Assembly (NCBI GenBank): GCA_029570835.1
Contig: JAKPTX010000022.1
Span: 5,056-69,055, forward strand
Direction: 5' to 3'
Length of the DNA stretch: 64,000 nucleotides
Source of the DNA: Bacteroidota bacterium
GTDB lineage: Bacteria; Bacteroidota; Bacteroidia; Bacteroidales; WCHB1-69
Positions 41,227 through 48,569 of the stretch are shown piece after piece. Numbering within the stretch: position 1 is the first letter of the stretch; every line of letters starts with the position of its first letter. The position numbers were made by a program, and so were the translations under genes. The notes under the pieces are model-generated. The model searched no databases. It was not told the origin of the DNA and saw only the letters and a program-made list of their open reading frames with translations.

Positions 41227-42021
41227 TTAACTCATGATCGCATATCTGATTTTCAGAAGTGAAACCAAGAGGGATTCTAACTGATTCAATGGCAACATAT
41301 TAGCTCCATCTGATAAGGCATTTTGAGGATCCGGATGGGTTTCGAGGAAAATTCCATCAAAACCGACAGCAATACCCGCTTTAGCAATAGTAGGAATCAA
41401 ATGGGGCCTGCCACCGGTTACTCCTGCTGGCTGATTCGGCAATTGTAGGGAGTGGGTAACATCCAACACCACGGGACAAGCATTCTCCTTCAGTTCTGCA
41501 ATTCCTGTAAAATCAACAACCAGGTTATTGTACCCAAAAGAGGTCCCTCTTTCTGTAATCATCACTTGCGGATTGCCAACAGAGCGCACTTTATCAACAG
41601 CAAACTGCATTTGATTGGGGGCTAAAAATTGACCTTTTTTAATATTGATCACTTTTCCTGTTTTGGCAGCGGCTTGAATCAACTCTGTTTGACGGGATAA
41701 AAATGCAGGAATTTGCAAAACATCTGCTACTTCCGCTGCTTTAAGCACCTCCTCAACAGAGTGAACATCCGTTACAATGGGCAAATCCAACTCTTTTTTA
41801 ATCTTGGCTAATACCTGTAAAGCCTCATCATCTCCAATTCCGGTGAAGGAGTATTGAGAGGAGCGATTCGCCTTTTTGTAAGAGGCTTTAAAGAAAAAGT
41901 GAATCTCCAACTTTTTACAAATTTCTGCTATTGTTTCTGCAATAGAGTATGTAATTTCCTCATTTTCAACCACACAAGGACCGGCGATCAGGAAAAAATG
42001 ATTGTTATCATAAGTAATCAT
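41227..42021 (-). CDS. kdsA: 3-deoxy-8-phosphooctulonate (KDO-8-P) synthase
   Basis: 264 aa DAHP-synthase-I-family barrel with FFFKASYKKANRSS, LQIPAFLSRQTEL and DVTHSLQLP. Confidence 0.9.
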   Translation of the reverse strand: MITYDNNHFFLIAGPCVVENEEITYSIAETIAEICKKLEIHFFFKASYKKANRSSQYSFTGIGDDEALQVLAKIKKELDLPIVTDVHSVEEVLKAAEVADVLQIPAFLSRQTELIQAAAKTGKVINIKKGQFLAPNQMQFAVDKVRSVGNPQVMITERGTSFGYNNLVVDFTGIAELKENACPVVLDVTHSLQLPNQPAGVTGGRPHLIPTIAKAGIAVGFDGIFLETHPDPQNALSDGANMLPLNQLESLLVSLLKIRYAIMS

Positions 42022-42042
42022 AAAACGACGTATTTAAGAGTG

Positions 42043-42050
42043 CAAAGGTA
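42043..42050 (-). promoter_or_regulatory. -7 box (TACCTTTG on minus strand) for kdsA
   Basis: Plus-strand CAAAGGTA, 22 nt upstream of the ATG at 42021. Confidence 0.45.
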
Positions 42051-42128
42051 TAAAAAATATTCTGACTTGAGGGGTTGAGAACAAAATGGATTATGAATCC
42101 AACAATCATATTAATCAAAAATTCAATT

Positions 42129-42156
42129 CCGAAATCCGAAATCCGAAATCCGAAAT
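42129..42156. repeat. Perfect heptanucleotide tandem array (CCGAAAT)x4
   Basis: Read directly as ccgaaat ccgaaat ccgaaat ccgaaat. It is followed by T5 and then the tsaC -7 box. Confidence 0.9.
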
Positions 42157-42162
42157 TTTTTA

Positions 42163-42170
42163 TATCTTTG
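42163..42170 (+). promoter_or_regulatory. -7 box TATCTTTG (extended ...TTTGCAGGTTA) for tsaC-coaD
   Basis: 23 nt upstream of the ATG at 42193 and immediately downstream of the (CCGAAAT)4 array. Confidence 0.45.
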
Positions 42171-42192
42171 CAGGTTAACTAATTGCTGATTT

Positions 42193-42756
42193 ATGGATGC
42201 TGAAATAACAAAATGCGCAGAACTTTTAAAAGAGGGTAAAGTGATCTTGTACCCCACCGATACGATTTGGGGATTGGGTTGTGATGCTACCAATCCTAAG
42301 GCAGTAGACAAAATTTACAAAATCAAAGAGAGACAGGAGATTAAAAGTTTAATCATCCTGATTGACAGTGAGAGTAGATTGCCTCTATACGTTGAAGATA
42401 TCCCGTTAATTGCCTGGGATTTGATTACACACACTTATCGTCCAACTACTTATATTTATCCCAAAGCGAAAAACTTACCCTCCCGATTGATTCCAATGGA
42501 CCAAAGCATTGCGATTCGAATCGTAAAAAATAAATTTTGTCAGAAACTGATTCAGGCATTGGATAAACCGATTATTTCCACCTCAGCAAATCTCTCCGGA
42601 GAACCCTCTCCTGCTTCATTTAAAGATATTTCAGCTCATATTATCAATAAAGTTGATTACGTTGTCCCTGAAAAGTTTGCGGAAGGATCAACTCTGAATC
42701 CATCCCGATTAATCAAGTTTATTGATGATTATAATTTTGTGGTTATACGTGAATAA
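42193..42756 (+). CDS. tsaC: L-threonylcarbamoyladenylate synthase (YrdC/TsaC type)
   Basis: 187 aa YrdC domain with ILYPTDTIWGLGCDA and ISTSANLSGEP. Confidence 0.8.
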   Translation: MDAEITKCAELLKEGKVILYPTDTIWGLGCDATNPKAVDKIYKIKERQEIKSLIILIDSESRLPLYVEDIPLIAWDLITHTYRPTTYIYPKAKNLPSRLIPMDQSIAIRIVKNKFCQKLIQALDKPIISTSANLSGEPSPASFKDISAHIINKVDYVVPEKFAEGSTLNPSRLIKFIDDYNFVVIRE

Positions 42757-42765
42757 AGCTAAATT

Positions 42766-43218
42766 ATGAAAATTGCACTTTTCCCCGGATCTTTTGATCC
42801 ATTTACGAAAGGACATGAAGAGATTGTTAACCGAGCTCTTTCCTTGTTTGATCAGGTGGTTGTTGCTATTGGTGTACACCATGAAAAAAAGAGCTGTTCC
42901 CCGATTGAAGAACGGATCAAGGCGATAGAGAACTGTTTTCAAGGAAAAAATGTTAAAATTATTCAATATGAAGGACTGACAGGGGAACTTTGTAAAAAAT
43001 TAGGGATTCAATTTATAGTGAGAGGAGTCAGAAACAGTACTGACTATGAATATGAAAGAAGTATCGCAATTACCAATCAGCAATTATTTGGCGTTGAAAC
43101 ACTCTTCTTGATGAGTGATCCTCAATTCTCTCATATTTCGTCTACCATTGTTCGTGATCTAATAAAACATGGGGGGGACATCTCATCCATGGTTCCTAAC
43201 TCAAACCTAAAAAAATAG
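42766..43218 (+). CDS. coaD: Pantetheine-phosphate adenylyltransferase
   Basis: 150 aa. It has FPGSFDPFTKGHEEIV (nucleotidyltransferase T/HxGH motif) and the C-terminal ISSTIVRD. Confidence 0.9.
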   Translation: MKIALFPGSFDPFTKGHEEIVNRALSLFDQVVVAIGVHHEKKSCSPIEERIKAIENCFQGKNVKIIQYEGLTGELCKKLGIQFIVRGVRNSTDYEYERSIAITNQQLFGVETLFLMSDPQFSHISSTIVRDLIKHGGDISSMVPNSNLKK

Positions 43219-43221
43219 ATC

Positions 43222-44679
43222 ATGTTTCGCTCCCTGTTTCGTTTTGTGGTGCTCATTGGCTTATTTCTGATCCTATTTCAGGGATGGGCGCAAAAACCGC
43301 GCGAAGTCGTGATTGAGGGAAAGGCAGAATTTGCAACCAATTATAAAATCCGGGTTATCACCTTTTCAGATTATATCAACTGGGACCCGATTGAAGCCGC
43401 ATCCACACAAATAGCAAGAGATGGAAGCTTTAAACTCTCCTTCCAGGTACCAACCATCCAATTGATCCGATTGGAGATCAATAGTGCAACAAGCGAACTT
43501 TTTGTAGTTCCCGGATTACATTATCAATTCAAACTGGACATGGATCCTACCCTATTCAGTATGTTTAATCCAGCTGATGAAAATGGGTTTATCCAACTCA
43601 TTCCTTCCCAACTTGATACCAACGACCTCAATTACAAAATTGGAACATTTGAAGTTGAATATGGTCGATTACTAGAAAAATACGGAAGAGATATCATTTG
43701 GTACAAGAGCCGGACTCATTTGGATTCTTTTATCACGGAATTGAGTGAAAGTTTTCCTATTCGGTATGAACCCACCAATTACTATCTTTCCTATATCTAC
43801 TATACGGTCGGACAATTAGAAGCTTTTCTTTCCAGCAAGGACCCCCTAACAATCTATCAAAAATATTTCGATAATGACTACATCCTGTACAACAATCCGG
43901 CGTACATGAACTTGTTTAACTACTACTTCAACAACTACCTATTAATGTCATCCAGAATCTCAAAAGAAACTTTAAACAAAACTATCAATGAGAATTGTGA
44001 TTATCTTACGCTGTTCAATGAAGTGGGTAAAGATTTTTCATTAGTCAATGAGCGTTTAAGAGAGTTGGTATTGATTAAGAATTTGGCGCAAATGATTAAC
44101 AATGAAGAACTAAGTCAAAAAAACATCATTCAATTTCTAAACCATATAGCCACCAACACCCGCTTCCCGGAACATCAACCTATCGCTATCAATTCACTCA
44201 ACAAGGCAATCCAATTCAATCCGGGAGCCTCCATTCCCGAATTCTCTTTTAAATATGCTGACGGATCCCTTTACCATCCGGAGGAATTGGAAGGTCAATG
44301 GGTTTATTACCACTTTTTTTCAACCCAGTGTGTCAATTGTATTCGTGAAATGACACTGATTCAAGAATTACAGAATCGTTTTGAAGGGCAAGTTACTTTT
44401 GTAGGAGTTGCTGTAGATCCTGACTTTTCTAAATTTTTACAGTTTAGAAAAAAATATCCGCAATTTGATTGGAAAATGGTGCACTTCAACGATTCTTACT
44501 CATTTCTCAGACAAATGGAGATCACCTCTCTACCGGAATACCTCATGATGGCTCCTGATGGAACACTCTATAACCGATACCCACGCTCCCCTGAAAAGGG
44601 ATTGACTACACATCTGCTACGCCTTTTATCAACAGAGAAAAAAGGAGGCAATCCCCTTGATCCACGCCATCAGAGATAA
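43222..44679 (+). CDS. Secreted thioredoxin-fold (TlpA/AhpC-like) protein with large N-terminal domain of unknown function
   Basis: 485 aa with a signal peptide. The C-terminal ~140 aa are thioredoxin-like with a CxxC (FFSTQCVNCIRE). Confidence 0.55.
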   Translation: MFRSLFRFVVLIGLFLILFQGWAQKPREVVIEGKAEFATNYKIRVITFSDYINWDPIEAASTQIARDGSFKLSFQVPTIQLIRLEINSATSELFVVPGLHYQFKLDMDPTLFSMFNPADENGFIQLIPSQLDTNDLNYKIGTFEVEYGRLLEKYGRDIIWYKSRTHLDSFITELSESFPIRYEPTNYYLSYIYYTVGQLEAFLSSKDPLTIYQKYFDNDYILYNNPAYMNLFNYYFNNYLLMSSRISKETLNKTINENCDYLTLFNEVGKDFSLVNERLRELVLIKNLAQMINNEELSQKNIIQFLNHIATNTRFPEHQPIAINSLNKAIQFNPGASIPEFSFKYADGSLYHPEELEGQWVYYHFFSTQCVNCIREMTLIQELQNRFEGQVTFVGVAVDPDFSKFLQFRKKYPQFDWKMVHFNDSYSFLRQMEITSLPEYLMMAPDGTLYNRYPRSPEKGLTTHLLRLLSTEKKGGNPLDPRHQR

Positions 44680-44692
44680 GGTAAAACAAAGA

Positions 44693-45139
44693 CTAGTCAT
44701 CAATTCGGATAAAATCACCATCCATGGTAAATTCTATATCCATATCGTTATTGAGTTTGATTTGTTGGTGATTGCCTTCCAATTCCCAACCAATTATATA
44801 ATATGCAGAAAAGTTTGCCACAACATAAGCTTTGATTTTTGCAGGAATAACACTGTCCGGTAACTCAAATTTACTCTCTATCTTAATGATCTCTTTTTTT
44901 CTATTGAATTCCAATTCTGTTTGGTTATCAAGATAAACATCATAAGTAACAGTTAAACCGTCAGTTTCTTTGATTACTTGAAGAATCTGCTGGTCAGGGA
45001 AATGGGTAGTAACATACTTTTGAATCTCAACCGGAATGTCAGTAGGAGTTCGTAAAATTTCTTGTTTATCGCATCCTTGCAATGCGAAAAATAGGATTGA
45101 AAAAAGTGCCAAAGTGCCGATTGTTTTAGTAGCTTTCAT
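44693..45139 (-). CDS. PepSY-like (DUF2874-type) lipoprotein
   Basis: 148 aa with lipobox LQGC. It contains two tandem ~60-aa PepSY-like halves (IQKYVTTHFPDQQI..., IKAYVVANFSAYYI...). Confidence 0.6.
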   Translation of the reverse strand: MKATKTIGTLALFSILFFALQGCDKQEILRTPTDIPVEIQKYVTTHFPDQQILQVIKETDGLTVTYDVYLDNQTELEFNRKKEIIKIESKFELPDSVIPAKIKAYVVANFSAYYIIGWELEGNHQQIKLNNDMDIEFTMDGDFIRIDD

Positions 45140-45381
45140 GATATGAATTTTTAATTAATAATCTGTGTAAAAACGCAACTAATTTTGCATTATTGCATTG
45201 CTTTAAAAATATTTTTTCATTATAAATAACGGTGAAAATTTGTCAATTTAACTGATTATTAAAAATATTATTTTAACATATTTTAATACACTTTTAATAT
45301 TCTATTTAGTAAGAATCATTTAATAATTGTGATAATAAAAAAAAGTTTTATTTAAAACTTGACATATTTAAAATTAATTAT

Positions 45382-45389
45382 TACATTTG
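45382..45389 (+). promoter_or_regulatory. -7 box TACATTTG for LRR paralogue 1
   Basis: 45 nt upstream of the ATG at 45434. Confidence 0.45.
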
Positions 45390-45409
45390 CAGTATCAAAT
45401 AGTTAAAGC

Positions 45410-45541
45410 ATTATCAACCAAACACCTCGTGCCATGAAATCAATTTTTAAATCCATTTTAGCACTTGCGATGCTAACTCTGTTTGCCAATATTAACTTAG
45501 CAACGGGACAAACGGTGAATATGAACCGCTGGATTGAGCTC
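45410..45541 (+). repeat. Conserved 5' block of the LRR gene pair (5'UTR + signal peptide + first ~36 codons), copy 1
   Basis: 129/132 identical to 47003-47134 by eye alignment. Confidence 0.85.
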
Positions 45542-46777
45542 ACCTCGGGGAATATTGGAGTAACAAAGCAATTTAAAATTTCAGCCGATTCGACAAACAC
45601 AGGGGTAAGGCTTGTTTGTGGTACACTAGATACTACTATCACTGTTGGAACAGACTGGACCAATTTTTCAGTATATACACTCAATTATGCAATAAAAATT
45701 TATGGAAATATAACAGGATTTGAGTGTAATAATAATGTTTTAACCGGGTTAAATGTTTCTCAAAATACAGCCTTAACAACATTAAATTGCAAAAGTAATT
45801 CTCTTTCTTCCTTAAATGTTAGTACCCTCACGGCATTGGAAGAGTTAATATGTGAATTCAATAATCTCAATGTTTTGAATCTGAGTGGTTGCACCGCTTT
45901 GAAAAAATTAAGTTGTTCGGGAAATAATCTCGCATCTTTAAACATAAGTAATTGTACAGCTTTAATTTACTTAGAGTGTTTTGTAAATAACCTCACTTCT
46001 TTGGATCTAAATAATTGCACCGCTTTGAAAGAGTTAGACTGTGCTATAAATGATCTCACTTCTTTGGATTTACATAATTGTACTGTATTGGAAAATATTA
46101 ATTGTGAGGATAATGATATTACTTCTTTAAATCTGAATAACTGTGCAAATTTGGAAGAACTCGTTTGCTTCACTAATAACCTCTCTTCATTAGATCTGAG
46201 TAGTTGTACTTCTTTAAAAATTTTACGGTGCGAAACTAATAATATTTCAAGTATTAAAATAAGTAGTTCTGACTCTCTACGTTTATTTAGATGCTATGAT
46301 AATAACCTTTCTGCCTGTGGACTTGACTCTATTTTTCACCAATTACCAATAAGAAGTGTGGATAATAAAGGAGAGATAATGATTAAGTATAATTCAGAAA
46401 CAAATCCCGGTGCCTATTCCTGCCGTGATACCATAGCTACAAATCGTAATTGGAGGGTATTGGATCGCACTAACGACATTGTCAATACAAACTATGAATG
46501 TCCCTATTTTACTTTCGGAAGTGATGTTGTTAAAATCACAACTTATCACATCAATGCTCAAATTTATCCCAATCCTGTCAGCAATAACTTATATATTGAA
46601 TGTGAGAATGATATTAAAAGCATTGAAATTTATGATGCACTAGGAAGAAAAATTATCAGCAAAGAAGGTCATTCCGATAAGACTTCTATTGATTTTTCCA
46701 ATCTGGGCAATGGAGTTTATATTCTTAAACTTCGTGTTGCTGAAGGCACAGGAGAGTTTAAGGTGATTAAGAATTAG
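45434..46777 (+). CDS. Leucine-rich-repeat surface protein with type-A T9SS C-terminal sorting domain (paralogue 1)
   Basis: 447 aa with a signal peptide. It has roughly 9-10 tandem ~23-aa LRR units (e.g. LSGCTALKKLSCSGNNLASLNISNCTAL...). The C-terminus is IYPNPVSNNLYIEC...GVYILKLRVAEGTGEFKVIKN. Confidence 0.85.
   Translation: MKSIFKSILALAMLTLFANINLATGQTVNMNRWIELTSGNIGVTKQFKISADSTNTGVRLVCGTLDTTITVGTDWTNFSVYTLNYAIKIYGNITGFECNNNVLTGLNVSQNTALTTLNCKSNSLSSLNVSTLTALEELICEFNNLNVLNLSGCTALKKLSCSGNNLASLNISNCTALIYLECFVNNLTSLDLNNCTALKELDCAINDLTSLDLHNCTVLENINCEDNDITSLNLNNCANLEELVCFTNNLSSLDLSSCTSLKILRCETNNISSIKISSSDSLRLFRCYDNNLSACGLDSIFHQLPIRSVDNKGEIMIKYNSETNPGAYSCRDTIATNRNWRVLDRTNDIVNTNYECPYFTFGSDVVKITTYHINAQIYPNPVSNNLYIECENDIKSIEIYDALGRKIISKEGHSDKTSIDFSNLGNGVYILKLRVAEGTGEFKVIKN
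46671..46770 (+). repeat. Conserved 3' block of the LRR gene pair (end of T9SS CTD), copy 1
   Basis: 99/100 identical to 48426-48525. Confidence 0.85.
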
Positions 46778-46953
46778 GTATAACCATCTTTACATCTTTT
46801 TGATTTATTATCTAAATCTGTAATATTTTATCTCAACTAATATTCGAAACAATCACCACTTTTGCAAGTTTTATTTAATTGATTATCAACTATTTAGATG
46901 TATAAAAAAAAAAAAACAGCTTAAAAAGACTTGATAAAGTTAAAGATATTGAT

Positions 46954-46961
46954 TATCTTTG
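46954..46961 (+). promoter_or_regulatory. -7 box TATCTTTG for LRR paralogue 2
   Basis: 66 nt upstream of the ATG at 47027. The surrounding sequence is homologous to the paralogue-1 promoter. Confidence 0.45.
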
Positions 46962-47002
46962 CACTATCAAATAATTAGAATTTGTTAACTGTTTCATAAA
47001 GT

Positions 47003-47134
47003 ATTATCAACCAAACACCTCATACCATGAAATCAATTTTTAAATCCATTTTAGCACTTGCGATGCTAACTCTGTTTGCCAATATTAACTTAGCAACGGG
47101 ACAAACGGTGAATATGAACCGTTGGATTGAGCTC
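47003..47134 (+). repeat. Conserved 5' block of the LRR gene pair, copy 2
   Basis: 129/132 identical to 45410-45541. Confidence 0.85.
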
Positions 47135-48532
47135 CATTCGGAGAGTGTAGGGAGGACAATGCTTCTTAAGTTTGTGGCTGATTCTACAAACACAGGAGTA
47201 AGACTTGTTTGCGGAGCACAAGATACAACCATTACTGTCGGAACAAATTGGACCAATTTTTTGTTTTATGTACCCAATGACACGGTCAAAATTTATGGTA
47301 ATGTAAAAGAATTTGATTGTAGCAACCAACTTTTAAACGGGATAAATATTTCCAATCATACCTTAGTAACCCTGGATTGCCAATATAACTCTCTTTCTAC
47401 TTTGGATCTAAGCTGGCTCACAGCATTGGAAAAGGTAAGATGTAATAACAATATTCTTACCTTTTTAAATCTGGGCGGTTGTATAAATTTACAGGAATTA
47501 GATTGTCGTGAGAATAATCTTACTTCATTAGCTCTTAGTAGTTGCACAGCATTGAGAAACGTAAATTGCAAGCAAAATAATCTTTTTTCTTTGGATCTGA
47601 GTGGGTGCATGGCTTTGGAAGATTTAAACTGCGAAATAAACCATCTATCTTCTTTGGATCTAAGTAATTATACAGCTTTAAGAAGCCTCTATTGCTGGAA
47701 TAATAATCTCACTTCTTTAAACCTGAATAACTGCACCTCTCTGGAAGAGTTAGAGTGTCCGGTGAATAATATCTCATCTTTGAATCTTACAGGCTGTACT
47801 GCTTTAACTTACTTTTTTTGTGATGAGAACAAACTCACTTCTCTAGATCTCAGTGGTTTTACAGCCTTAGAAACACTTGGTTGCTTTGATAATGATCTTA
47901 CTTCTTTGATTTTAACTAATTGTGTTTCTTTGAGAAACCTCTACTGTTCCAATAATAACCTCTCTTCTTTGGATCTAAGAGGATGTACAAAATTGAAAAC
48001 TTTATGGTGCTACAATAATAACATTTCAGATATTAAAATAGGAGTATCTTACCCGTATATGATCAAGTGTAATGATAATAATCTTTCTGCCTGTGGATTG
48101 GACTCTCTGTTCCACCAATTACCCATAAACACCAGTAGTGGTACATATACGATATATGTTTATGGAAATCCGGGGACTTATTCCTGCCGTGATACCATCG
48201 CCACTAATCGGAATTGGAACGTGTCCGGTGGCAGTTCCCCTATTGTCAACACGGAATATGGCTGTTCCTATTTCACTCTTGGAGTTGAAGAGATGAATAA
48301 TACGATCAACGCTAAGATCTATCCAAACCCTGTTAGCCACGACCTAAATATCGAATGTGAGAGTGATATTAAAAACATTGAAATTTATGATGAATTAGGA
48401 AGAAAAATGATCAGCAAAGAAGATAATTCCGATAAGACTTCTATTGATTTTTCAAATCTGGGCAATGGAGTTTATATTCTTAAACTTCGTGTTGCTGAAG
48501 GCACAGGAGAGTTTAAGGTGATTAAACAATAA
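47027..48532 (+). CDS. Leucine-rich-repeat surface protein with type-A T9SS C-terminal sorting domain (paralogue 2)
   Basis: 501 aa. It has the same signal peptide and CTD as paralogue 1, but roughly 12-13 LRR units of different sequence. Confidence 0.85.
   Translation: MKSIFKSILALAMLTLFANINLATGQTVNMNRWIELHSESVGRTMLLKFVADSTNTGVRLVCGAQDTTITVGTNWTNFLFYVPNDTVKIYGNVKEFDCSNQLLNGINISNHTLVTLDCQYNSLSTLDLSWLTALEKVRCNNNILTFLNLGGCINLQELDCRENNLTSLALSSCTALRNVNCKQNNLFSLDLSGCMALEDLNCEINHLSSLDLSNYTALRSLYCWNNNLTSLNLNNCTSLEELECPVNNISSLNLTGCTALTYFFCDENKLTSLDLSGFTALETLGCFDNDLTSLILTNCVSLRNLYCSNNNLSSLDLRGCTKLKTLWCYNNNISDIKIGVSYPYMIKCNDNNLSACGLDSLFHQLPINTSSGTYTIYVYGNPGTYSCRDTIATNRNWNVSGGSSPIVNTEYGCSYFTLGVEEMNNTINAKIYPNPVSHDLNIECESDIKNIEIYDELGRKMISKEDNSDKTSIDFSNLGNGVYILKLRVAEGTGEFKVIKQ
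48426..48525 (+). repeat. Conserved 3' block of the LRR gene pair, copy 2
   Basis: 99/100 identical to 46671-46770. Confidence 0.85.
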
Positions 48533-48545
48533 GCATAAAATTTAC

Positions 48546-48553
48546 TATTTTTG
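48546..48553 (+). promoter_or_regulatory. -7 box TATTTTTG for the GH20-like gene
   Basis: 17 nt upstream of the ATG at 48570. Confidence 0.4.
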
Positions 48554-48569
48554 CAAAAAAATAGGTTTT

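Noticed and set aside
42123-42311. 62-aa minus-strand ORF spanning the heptamer array and the tsaC start
   Set aside because: It overlaps the tsaC promoter and the tsaC coding start in antisense. Its C-terminal end is just the translated microsatellite (ISDFGFRN).
45403-45684. Minus-strand ORFs 45403-45684 and 47020-47256 whose products are partly identical (…FIFTVCPVAKLILANRVSIASAKMDLKIDFM…)
   Set aside because: The identity only reflects the duplicated 132-bp 5' block of the LRR genes read in antisense. They lie over the LRR promoters and signal peptides.
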